Positions 35,119 through 45,147 of a stretch of DNA of 45,147 nucleotides are shown here, piece after piece; the first letter of the stretch is position 1, and every line of letters begins with the position of its first letter. The notes beneath the pieces are model-generated. The model had not been told where the DNA came from and did not search any database. It worked only from the letters and a program-made list of their open reading frames with translations. This stretch comes from Octopus sinensis (lineage: Eukaryota), in assembly GCF_006345805.1 (NCBI RefSeq), contig NW_021834679.1:1-45147 (forward strand), read 5' to 3'. A program made the translations under genes and the position numbers.

Positions 35119-35264
35119 ATATATAGAGATATATATAGATATGCATGCACGTATATGTGCATATGTATACATATTTATACATAGATATATATGCATATAT
35201 ATGTATATGCTTATATACATACACATTACATATATATATGTATATATATACACACATACATACG

Positions 35265-35296
<32 letters not shown>

Positions 35297-35427
35297 AACA
35301 TATACATATAATATACAGGTGAGTGTGTGCTTACAAACGACCGCACCCGCACACATATCGGAATATATATATATATATTATATATATATATAATATATAT
35401 ATATATATATAAACACATACATATATG

Positions 35428-35461
<34 letters not shown>

Positions 35462-35462
35462 C

Positions 35463-35493
<31 letters not shown>

Positions 35494-35660
35494 CACACTC
35501 ACATATATATGCACACACACATGGATATATATATATATATATACATGTTAATATATATATATTTATATATCTATATATATATACATATATATATACATAT
35601 ATATATGACAACAAAACCCCTTGAATTCCCCACATGCGCACACACCCAAACGCATAAGCA
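34330..35660. repeat. (AT)n/(AC)n/(ATGT)n microsatellite field
   Basis: Direct inspection. Confidence 0.93.
34831..35361. repeat. Near-identical ~281-283-bp tandem duplication
   Basis: tagagatatatatagatatgcatgcacg at 34843 and 35124; caggtgagtgtgtgcttacaaacgaccgcacccgcacacatatcgga at 35033 and 35316. Confidence 0.92.
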
Positions 35661-36184
35661 CATACAAACACCTGTATAGTGTACGTATGTATATATCATA
35701 AATTTACGATTTATCATTATACGTTTAATGTAAGAAAATTACAATTTATCATTTCATCCATTATAAAATTATGATTTATTGTTTACATATGTCAGAAAAT
35801 TATGATTTATCGCTTCACACATCATATATTTATCAGCCGGACGTCTTCTAAGACACAAAGTCTTTGCTATTTGCTTACTGTTGTTACTGATTCTTGTTGT
35901 TGTTGCTGCTGCTGCTGCTGGTGCAGTTTTTGTTGTTGTTGATCTTGTTCTTGTATACACTTATCTTTTCTTAGAAAGTTGAATAAACGTTATTTCGAGG
36001 TTCGCATATTGTGAGTGTGTGTGTGTGTATGTGTGTGTGTGTGTGTGTACGTACATATACTTATACAAATACAGACATATACACACATACATATATATAT
36101 ATGTATATAACGGTCTAAAACGTTCTTATTATACACTTCGAAATTATCATTACTCGATTTAACTTAAATATATTTATATACCAC

Positions 36185-37310
36185 TTTGATCACCTTGACC
36201 GACCAGTCCGTCAGGCGTCCATTTGACACCGCTGGTCACAGCACGCTGTCCACTCCTCTCTGGATCGCGCCTTTCTCATCCACGTGATCCCAATCGTCCT
36301 CTTGAAATCGTCACTCCACCGTCGTGGAGGTCTTCCGGGTGGTCTTTTCCGCTCACGCGGGTACCACTCGGCAGCTGCCTGCGTCCACCGATTATCGGTG
36401 AGCCGGGCGACGTGTCCAGCCCATCTATACTTGCTGCGAGTATACTCTGCGATGACATCTTTCACGCCGCACTTCTTTCTGATGATGTTGCTATTTATGT
36501 GCTCTCTCAACGAGATACCAAGCATTGACTTTTCCATGGCTCTTTGAGCCGTTATCAGTCTTTGCTCTTCTCTCTTTGTGGTTGCCCATGTTTCACTACC
36601 ATATAACATTGCAGGCAGAACTGCACTGTTAATGAGGTTGGCGCGGGTGGTCCTGTCCAACCTTCCATTGAGCACATCCCTTATGCCATTGAACGCCTTC
36701 CATCCGGCCCTTACTCTCCGTGAGATCTCCTTTTTGATATCCCGGCACATATTTACTTCCTGTCCCAGGTAGACATATTCTCTCACCTCTTCTATTTCAT
36801 CACTGCCGATCACCATTCGACCTGTTGGTACGTTGTCTGACCGCATGAACTTTGTTTTCATGCGGTTCATCTTGAGACCTACTGCAGAACTTTTGATGTC
36901 GAGCTCCGTCAGCATGGTCTGAAGCTGATCCATGTTTTCAGCGATGAGTATGATGTCGTCAGCGAAACAGAGGTGAGGAGCTCGCCATTGATGTTGACAC
37001 CACCTTGTCATTCGATGCCTCTGATGATGTGTTCGAGACATGCAGTGAAAAGTTTTGGGGAGATTATATCTCCTTGCTTCACTCCCTTCTCGACCGGCAC
37101 TCGTATGTGACAGTAGAGCTATGTCGGTGGTGCATCCGGAATTTGCCTCTCTGAGCAGCTGCACATATTGCGCTTCGATTCCTTGCCTCTGCAGCGAGTT
37201 CAGCACTGCGTTGGTTTCGACGCTATCGAAGGCCTTCTCATAATCTATAAACGCAACGCAAAGAGGCAGCTTGTACTCATTTGCTCGCTCAAGCAGTTGC
37301 GTTAGAGTAC
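36185..37310 (-). mobile_element. 5'-truncated RTE-clade LINE (RT domain to 3' end), with frameshifts near 37000-37110
   Basis: LCVAFIDYEKAFDSVE, KQGDIISPKLF, HLCFADDIILIA, EYVYLGQ, LPAMLYGSETW, RWAGHVAR, RKRPPGRPPRRW; stop at 36211. Confidence 0.96.
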
Positions 37311-37358
37311 AAGCTGCCTCTTTGCGTTGCGTTTATATTTATATATATATATACATAG

Positions 37359-37398
<40 letters not shown>

Positions 37399-37732
37399 TA
37401 TATATTATATACATACGTATGTATGAATATATGTGTATCTATGTATGTATGTATATGTATATATGTCCAGATTGAGGAAGTGTAACAGGTAAAAACCAGG
37501 CTACATATGTTTCCTAGCTAGCAGATAATGCTTATGTAGCTGCTTAAGTATAAGTTTTCGCTACCTATCCAGTGGTTCATTATGTATTTTGCCAGTCTTA
37601 TTCGCGTGGACAAGAATTCCGGAATCTTGATCAGATAACCGATTTTCATCAGATGATATTTAACAGCTCTTTTTTCGGGGTCTAAATTTTTTTATTCTTA
37701 ATTAGATTGGTTAAATTCTGTCCTATTTATTA

Positions 37733-37944
37733 GGCGAGCTGTTAGAATCGTTAGCACGCCAATCGAAATGTTTCGTGGCATTTCCTCCTCTTTTACGTTC
37801 TGAGTTCAAATTCCGCCGTGGTCGACTTTGCCTTTCATCCTTTGGGAATCGATAAATCATGTACCAGTGAAATACAGGTGTCGATGTAATTGACTTGTCC
37901 CCTCTCCACAACATTTCAGGCCCCGTGCCTATAGTAGAGAGGAC

Positions 37945-37981
<37 letters not shown>

Positions 37982-37985
37982 GCTG
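37733..37985 (+). mobile_element. SINE family B with tail ii and (ATT)n end
   Basis: aggcgagctgttagaatcgttagcacgcc ... gagttcaaattccgcc ... ggccccgtgcctatagtagagagg(att)n. Confidence 0.92.
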
Positions 37986-38317
37986 CCATATCTAAATCGA
38001 GTGGCCTGGGGTCATTTAGCAAGTGAACTTGCTTCCATGCTGACCTCAGGCTACAAATACTCACACACCTCACTCTGAAAGCGACCATGTTTATTCGAAA
38101 ACAAAATGGAATTAGGTCACTTACCTTGGATTTTGAGAAGCTCGGCTTATTCAGCCGCCTCGTCTGACGCTTTATAATTAATGAAAAGCCTTCCTAAAGT
38201 CCTTTATCCGGCTTTAGACTTTTGGCAATTTTTAAAAAGTTCTATATATGTGATTGCATCAGTTTTTATCAGCTGTCTGTCATGGTGAACTTTTGATAGA
38301 AGTTCGTCAAAACCCAT

Positions 38318-38445
38318 GTATTGAGCAGAATATTTGCTGTAGCCCATCTTTTATACCAAGACAAAACAATGTACATGATAACACTTCCGATCAGTTAAGA
38401 TGAGAAGCCATGAGGGTAACTGCCTGGTACTGCATCAAGGCATTT
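38318..38445 (-). mobile_element. Partial copy of the 12651-13208 element, again abutting (ATT)n
   Basis: gtattgagcagaatatttgctgtagcccatcttttataccaagac ... gcatcaaggcattt, then (att)n. Confidence 0.9.
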
Positions 38446-38467
38446 ATTATATTATTATTATTATTAT

Positions 38468-38499
<32 letters not shown>

Positions 38500-39035
38500 A
38501 TTTTTCTTTCATTGGCACGGCTTTAGCTGTTGGCCCGATACACAGTAGTAGATATCCTGCATGAATTTCAGTATGACCTATAGCAGAGAGCTTCTTTTCT
38601 CAAGGTGTTGTCAGTCTCAAAACAGTTAATCAGTATTTACCTCACACACACACACACGCACTCATGTGTCTATGTATTTAGATTCTGGTGTGCCTCTTCG
38701 TTTGTAACGTTAGGACATTAGATCTTATATTTAATCCTTTGATGTTGTTGCAAACTCTTCAGTAATTGGACCCAAGGGAGATAATTTCTAATTACTTCGT
38801 GGGGTTAAACATTCTTTAGATTTCTAAACGGGGCTGAGTGTTCCTGTCAATTAGGTTTCGTGATCCTTGCCAACTAAATTGTGATCACTCGGGATCGCTA
38901 CAACCATAATGCAAAAAACACTTTCGTATATACCCCCACTCCTCCTTTTTTTTTTTTTTAGCAAAACGGCAGAAACAGCATCAACTACATATATAGCAAT
39001 TACGATAATCCTTCTATGTAGATTCCTACAATTTA

Positions 39036-39248
39036 GAAACGTTAGCACGCCGGGCGAAATGCGTAGCCGTATTTCGTTTGCCGTTACGTTCTGAGTTCAA
39101 GTTCCGCCGAGGTCGACTTTGCCTTTCATCTTTTCGGAGTGTATAAATTAAGTACCAGTACATTGGAGTCGATGTAATCGACTTAATCCGTTTGTCTGTC
39201 CTTGTTTGTCCCCTCTGTGTTTAGCTCCTTGTGGGTAGTAAAGAAATA
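39036..39248 (+). mobile_element. SINE family B with tail i
   Basis: gaaacgttagcacgccgggcgaaatg ... tttagctccttgtgggtagtaaagaaata. Confidence 0.92.
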
Positions 39249-39289
39249 TATATTGTTCTCCTTGCACGCCGCCCTAATGGCAAATAGAA

Positions 39290-39600
39290 GAAATCATCAT
39301 CATCGTCATCATCATCATTATATTCATCGTCATATTCATCGTCATATGCATCGTCATCCTCATCGTCGTCGTCATCATCATCATTGTTATCATCATCATC
39401 ATCGCCGTCGTTGTAGGCGTCATCATTATCATCACCATCATCATCATCATTATCATCATCACCATCATCATCATCATCATCATCTTCATCAACATCGTCG
39501 TCGTCTTCCTCGTTATCATCATCACATCATCATCATCATCTTCATTATTATTAGCATCATCATCATCATCTTCATCATTATTACTAGCATCATCATCATC
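39290..39600. repeat. (CAT)n degenerate microsatellite
   Basis: Direct inspection. Confidence 0.95.
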
Positions 39601-39601
39601 A

Positions 39602-39805
39602 TCTGGCAGAATCGTTAGCACGCCGGGCGAAATACTTAGCGGCATTTCGTCTCTCATTAAGTTCTGAGTTCAAATTCGACTTTGCCTTTCATCCTTTCGG
39701 GATCGATAGATTAAGAACTAGTAAATTAAGAACCAGTCAATCGATTATTCCCCCACCCCTCAAATTCCAGGCCTTGTGCCTATAGTGGAAAGGATTATTA
39801 TTATT
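39602..39805 (+). mobile_element. SINE family B with tail ii
   Basis: tggcagaatcgttagcacgcc ... ccaggccttgtgcctatagtggaaagg(att)n. Confidence 0.9.
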
Positions 39806-39984
39806 ATTCGTCCTGGATGCTTTAGAATTTATAAGGATTTATAAAAATTATAAAGGATTAGTGGCGGGGAAGTGCGACGATGTTCTCGGGGAAACTCTGG
39901 GCGCCGAAGAGAACGAACTGGTTAGTCTGTTCCGGAGGACTTTCTGGCCGGAAACTATTGTGGATAATTTCCAGATGTCTTTGG

Positions 39985-40075
39985 CCTGGGGTCGATTTGT
40001 TTGACTAAAGGCAGTGCTCCAGCATGGCTGCAGTCAAATGACCGAAACAAATAAAAGAATAAAAGAATCATCATT
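39985..40075 (+). mobile_element. SINE family A, extreme 3' end
   Basis: ggggtcgatttgtttgactaaaggcagtgctccagcatggctgcagtcaaatgaccgaaacaaataaaagaataaaagaat. Confidence 0.88.
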
Positions 40076-40204
40076 ATTATTATTATTCTATGTTTGACTT
40101 TTGCTTTATATTTGTACAAGTTGGCTCCAAGTCTCACCCAGAGACCTCAAGAGACAACAGGGTTGGAAGTTCAATGTTGTTTATGTTTATTATGCCTAGT
40201 GTTG

Positions 40205-40217
40205 CATATATTATATA

Positions 40218-40256
<39 letters not shown>

Positions 40257-40304
40257 CATTATTATTGTTGTTGTTGTTGTTGTTTTTGTTGTTGTTGTTA
40301 TTAC

Positions 40305-40351
<47 letters not shown>

Positions 40352-40570
40352 GGCGGTGAACAAGCAGGAAAGCTTAGTGAGTCGAACAAGATGCTTAACA
40401 GTTTGTTTTTTTTTCACTTTTTACATTCTGAGTTCGAATTCGGCCAAGGTAGACTTTGCCGCTCACCTTTACAGGGTCGATAAAATAAAGTGCCATTCAA
40501 GTACTCTCGTCGGTGTAGTAGACTCGTCCCCTCAAATGTTTTCTCCTGGTGCCGAACTTTGAAGCCATAA
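40205..40570 (+). mobile_element. (ATT)n/(GTT)n tract (40205-40350) followed by a degenerate SINE B (40351-40570)
   Basis: ttctgagttcgaattcggccaaggtagactttgcc ... gggtcgataaaataaagtgcc. Confidence 0.8.
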
Positions 40571-40819
40571 TATAATATTATAAAAGATTGGCTCATTATA
40601 TGCACTTGTGTTTTGTTTGTAAAAAAGTATTTTTGGCCAAGGTTAACCCATGTTTAATTCTATAGTTATGACCAAATGCGTTCTAACCGTGACCTACCTG
40701 TCTTTTTTAAAGCCATTATACCTCTTGGTGTGCATCACCCTATGTTTCGTCCACATTTTTGAAGACGATAAGTTGTGAATTAAGAGAGGTTGTTGTTGTC
40801 GTTGTTGCTTTTGCTATTG

Positions 40820-41180
40820 CGGTTGTTGCTTAGCACCAGGTCTAAATTAATTATCCAATACATTCTTACTATGAGACAACAAAGGCAAGGCTGTGTAAGG
40901 GAGATTTTGCAACTACTTCCAGCAGATCACGTGATTACCTTCCGGATGCCTCTCTCATGACCTTGGAGTCTTTTATTCTGGCATAATATGTCTTGAAGTA
41001 TACTTATCCAATGTGTTCTTACTTTGAGACTGCAGGGTGGGTGAAATATAAGGGCGATTTAAGAGTTATTTCTAGCAGATCAGGTGATCACTTCCAAGCT
41101 GCTCCTCTAGCTCGTCCATTGCTTTATTGATATGAATATTGTCGGCTGCAATATTTCTAGCAAGTCAAGCGAGAAACGGG
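40820..41180 (+). mobile_element. Repeat family D, three degenerate 3' motifs in tandem (a reverse copy lies at about 41670-41735)
   Basis: Variants of gagatttggctgctatttctagcag(a/g)tc at about 40900, 41055 and 41145. Confidence 0.55.
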
Positions 41181-41479
41181 CCGCATTACTAACAACTTTT
41201 AATAAACGTTTATTTTCCTCGTGCAATCAGGCGTGCCATTCAGAACCTCCCGCGGCCCGCAGTTTACTCATGACTGGCGAAGATACTCTTCCCTTTGTAG
41301 TTGAGCCACAGAGGTGATCTTGCGAGTGCAAGGTATCAACCGCCCAAACCAAACAATAGGATCATCATTGCAACATTTAACTCAATTACCAGACCTTCAC
41401 CTACCGTTTATTCACAACTGTTTCCGCCTCTTTTACTCAGCAAGTTTTGACCTTTTCAGTGCAATAACAATAAATCCTC

Positions 41480-42190
41480 CTTCACTTCATCTTCCTCCCC
41501 TTCATCCGCCTCATCAACCTCCAATCTCCTGTGCCTTCTCCTCTACCTCTCCTCTTTTTTGAATACCTTCCATATCACAGTTTCCTCAACCATCAACGCC
41601 GCCAGTATCACCATCATTATCATCACAACCATCTCTATCACCAATAGTAACAAGCCATGACAGAGGGCTCTAAGTTGTAGCTAGATCTTGTTAGAAATAG
41701 CAGCCGAATACTCTCAAATCCTTTTCAGGGCTTCTTTAAAAATTTATATTAAACAATATAGTTCATAATGTATTAAAAAGATGCGTTGGTCACGACAGGA
41801 ATGCGTTTGATCAAAGATCTGTTCGATCGGTGCCGACCTGGGCAAACTAACAACAATGAAACCAATAACAATAATTTCTCCACCAATACCATCACCATCA
41901 CCAACGCAACCATCACTTCACTTTCATCCTCATCACTACCACCACCATTACCAAAACTTCCACCACTGCCTCCACCATCGCTGCCTACACGTCTATAACC
42001 AGAATCTTTACCATTCTCATTACATACACACCACTACTACCCACTATAAACACCATCATCATCATCCTAGCCAATACTACATCGTCCATAATCCTACTAC
42101 CACCATCACCACCGCCAGCACACCATTACCACTAACACCGCCGTCGTCGCTGCTACGACGACTACGACGACGACGACCACCACCATAAAT
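41480..42190. repeat. C/A-rich (CAC/CAT/CCT)n low-complexity region
   Basis: Direct inspection. Confidence 0.8.
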
Positions 42191-42259
42191 ACAACAACCT
42201 CTACAGAAATATTTACATCCTACTTTGATAGGTCAAATTTTCTTTTCTTAAGAAAATAT

Positions 42260-42296
42260 CAATCCACGCTGCTTCTTTCTTTCTTTCTTTCTTTCT

Positions 42297-42327
<31 letters not shown>

Positions 42328-42424
42328 GTCTTTCTTTTATGTACCTAAATCTACGCGCATGCACGCGTACAATTCATTAACCTATACTCACACACGCGCA
42401 CACACACACGTACATATAGGGTTG

Positions 42425-42459
<35 letters not shown>

Positions 42460-42533
42460 TGTATGTATATGCGCGTTGTTATATATATATAAATATGTAT
42501 AGATATTATATATCCGTGTGAATATATATATAT

Positions 42534-42587
<54 letters not shown>

Positions 42588-42661
42588 AGCTATATCTACA
42601 TTTGTATAAATATGGCTATATATATGTAAATGTATATATACGATACATACATGTATATATA

Positions 42662-42704
<43 letters not shown>

Positions 42705-42717
42705 ATATATATACATG

Positions 42718-42766
<49 letters not shown>

Positions 42767-42900
42767 ATGTATATTATACATACATACATACATACACGCT
42801 TATTTAAATACAGATCTTGTATACATATATGTGAGTGTGTGTGTGTGTGTGCGTATATGCCCATGTGTGTGTGTGTGTATGTGTGTATACATATGTATAC
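42260..42900. repeat. (CTTT)n/(AT)n/(TG)n microsatellites
   Basis: Direct inspection. Confidence 0.9.
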
Positions 42901-43304
42901 ACGTATGCAGCTCATGTGATGTATCTGTACACGAAACCGAGTCAGAGTGCCTGCGAAATCATTTTGACATTTTGCCCCATTAAATAATAAACCATCTTTA
43001 AATGTTTACGTCTCCCAACTACCAAGATAAAGTGGATACAAAAAGATTAGTAAATTTATGATATCTACAACGGAAGTGCACTTCTATCTTCCGTTCAACA
43101 TTTCCCGCCTCTATCCTCTAAACTTGATCTCTAAATCTCTTTGTCCCGCTACACAATCCACGCCTTCATGTAGCTGTCCTACAGAAATTCCGTATGGTAG
43201 TACGGCCTTACTCTGCCTTGACTTTGCTTTTGTTAGTCTTGTTGCAGTTGTTGCTTTTGTGACTATTGTTGTTGTTATTGTTGTTGTTGTTGTTGTTGTT
43301 AATA

Positions 43305-43520
43305 CTTAGCTTCAGGTTTATGCTAATCTATTAAGACCTACGACCAAGAGGATTTCCCGTCCACGACCTCGACGTCATTTATTCAGGCACTGTGTATGTA
43401 ACTTGAAGGACCAGATTTATTACCCAGTTTTTCAGCCTTTGAGATCGTAGGGTGGGTGATTTAAGAGAGATTCGACTGCTATTTCTAGCAGATCATGTGA
43501 TATCAACAGGCTGCTCCCCT
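43305..43520 (+). mobile_element. Repeat family D copy, following (GTT)n
   Basis: Ends gatttaagagagattcgactgctatttctagcagatcatgtga; follows a (gtt)n tract, as does the 40820 copy. Confidence 0.6.
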
Positions 43521-43561
43521 TGTTTGTACGTTCTTTGTTCTACTACGTTTTCATTCGTATA

Positions 43562-43668
43562 CCTACTTACCTACCTACCTACCTACCTACCTACCTACCT
43601 ACCTACCTACCTACCTACCTACCCACCTACCTACCAACCTACCTACCTACCTACCTACCTACCTACCA
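43562..43668. repeat. (TACC)n microsatellite
   Basis: Direct inspection. Confidence 0.96.
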
Positions 43669-43759
43669 TACATACATTACAACATACATTACATACATAT
43701 ATATATATATATAATATATATATATATGTATGTATATATACACACATTTTATTGATGAC

Positions 43760-44410
43760 TGATTGTTAATCCACTAATTTATTAGTATAACAATATATTA
43801 TTCCAGCCGTTTAGTAAAACGTTAATCTGCTAATATATCAGTTTAGTAGTACGTTAGTACATGCATTTGTTAATCTGTGATCCATACCAACGTCAGTCTG
43901 TTAATACGTCGATTGACGGAATATTAATCTGTTAATCCGTCAGATGAATAGCATATCACTTTGTTAACCAATCGGTTAGATAATATGCCAGTCTGTTGAT
44001 CTGCTGATGCAATAGAATGGTGATTTGTCAATCCGTTAACTTGAATATTCATCAGTTCGTCCGATTGTAAATTTGTAGTCATATAGGCAATGTCAGTTTG
44101 TTAATCCTTCATTTAATAAAATGTTAATCTGTTAATCTGTCAGTTAGCTAGTACATCGATCTGTTAATCAGTCGGTTCGATAGCATGACAATTTGTTAAT
44201 TTATCGGTTCAATAGAAAGTTAATTTTTACAGTGTATTAACCTGTCATTTAAATGAAACACTAATCAGTTGGTCTGTCTGTTAGTGCATCGGCCAGTTAG
44301 TCTGTCGGTTCAAAAGTAAATCAGACTTCTAAGTGTTCGTTTCACTACAACATTAATCTGTTAATTCGCCGGTTCAATAGAACTTCGGTCCGTAAATCAG
44401 CGAATACTAT
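43760..44410. repeat. Highly degenerate 31-32-bp tandem minisatellite (~20 units)
   Basis: (c/t)tgttaatc-like anchors at 43867, 43898, 43929, 43961, 43993, 44025, 44098, 44129, 44161, 44193, 44358 and 44390. Confidence 0.8.
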
Positions 44411-44589
44411 AATAAATCCATTACACTGCCGGAAGCTGAAGCAGGCACCATTGCCATGTACAGATTCTCCCGTAAATGTGTGTGGCTTATGTTCAGCTTA
44501 AAAAGCGACACCTTCACGAAACAAATACATATATATCGACGGGAGGAAATTTCAGAAAATTAATGTAATCGGAAGGGAAGGATTGGACA

Positions 44590-44735
44590 AGTAGTTACGT
44601 CTTGAGTTCACATTCCGCCGAGGTCGACTTTGCCCTTCATGCTTTCGGGGTCGATTAAAAAAGTATCAGTCACGCTTTTGTCTGTCCTTGTTTGTCCCCT
44701 CTGTGTTTATCACCCTGTGAACAATAAAGAAATAT
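44590..44735 (+). mobile_element. SINE family B, 5'-truncated and internally deleted, with tail i
   Basis: gagttcacattccgccgaggtcgactttgccc ... tgtccttgtttgtcccctctgtgttt ... aataaagaaata. Confidence 0.88.
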
Positions 44736-44920
44736 ATGTATAATGAGCAATAATGATAATCTGTTAAAAGAGACCAACTCGTCAGAGGTGAAATACTTTT
44801 GCAGTTAACGCATAGCATATGAAGAATAGAAATGTCTCCGTATGCAAGTTTAATGAACGAGGTCGTTGCAATATATATATATATAATATATAATATATAT
44901 ATATATAATATATATATTAC

Positions 44921-44957
<37 letters not shown>

Positions 44958-45036
44958 ATATATAGGTAGATGTGTGTGTGTGTGTGTGTGTGGATACTGC
45001 GTATTGAGCTACTACTGCACACTTAATACACTTCTA

Positions 45037-45147
45037 GGCCGGGTTCACACAAAACAAGTTAAAATTACGTTAACTATTACGTAACTATTCATTATATCAC
45101 GAATCATTCGTAATGCATCCTACAAGATTTCATTATGCCATATCGAG
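45037..45147 (+). mobile_element. Possible PIF/Harbinger-like left TIR, cut by the window end
   Basis: GGCCGGGTTCACAC at 45037-45050 resembles GGCYYGTTYACAC-type TIRs; no partner TIR is visible. Confidence 0.25.

Noticed and set aside
43760-44410. CRISPR-like array
   Set aside because: The units are degenerate whole-unit tandem repeats without identical repeats plus unique spacers, the context is eukaryotic, and there are no cas genes.

Overview
Eukaryotic, extremely repeat-rich, apparently intergenic or intronic DNA. The SINE families and microsatellite spectrum suggest a coleoid cephalopod, probably octopus (inference from recalled repeat families, not a database match). No intact host protein-coding gene is recognisable, and almost all listed ORFs are translations of microsatellites. 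The window contains: dense microsatellites and several minisatellites; at least three tRNA-derived SINE families, which I label A, B and C (about 14, 17 and 4 copies); decayed LINE fragments (a CR1/L2-group 3' end, two RTE 3' fragments, two R4/Dong-like REL-endonuclease 3' fragments, and a probable retroelement C-terminus with three zinc fingers); two Tc1/mariner transposase relics; a non-autonomous Helitron; a foldback element; a ~1.25 kb palindrome of an (AAT)n-flanked element; a U6 snRNA fragment; and a near-canonical type I hammerhead ribozyme motif. Best leads: (1) the CR1/L2-group LINE 3' UTR and SINE A share a 39-nt terminal motif with a covarying hairpin, suggesting a LINE-SINE partnership; (2) a U6-SINE chimera enclosed by one target-site duplication (TSD); (3) R4/Dong-like copies whose ends all abut (ACAT)n, suggesting microsatellite targeting; (4) the hammerhead at 6032-6107. 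Element boundaries are read by eye and are approximate unless a TSD is quoted.
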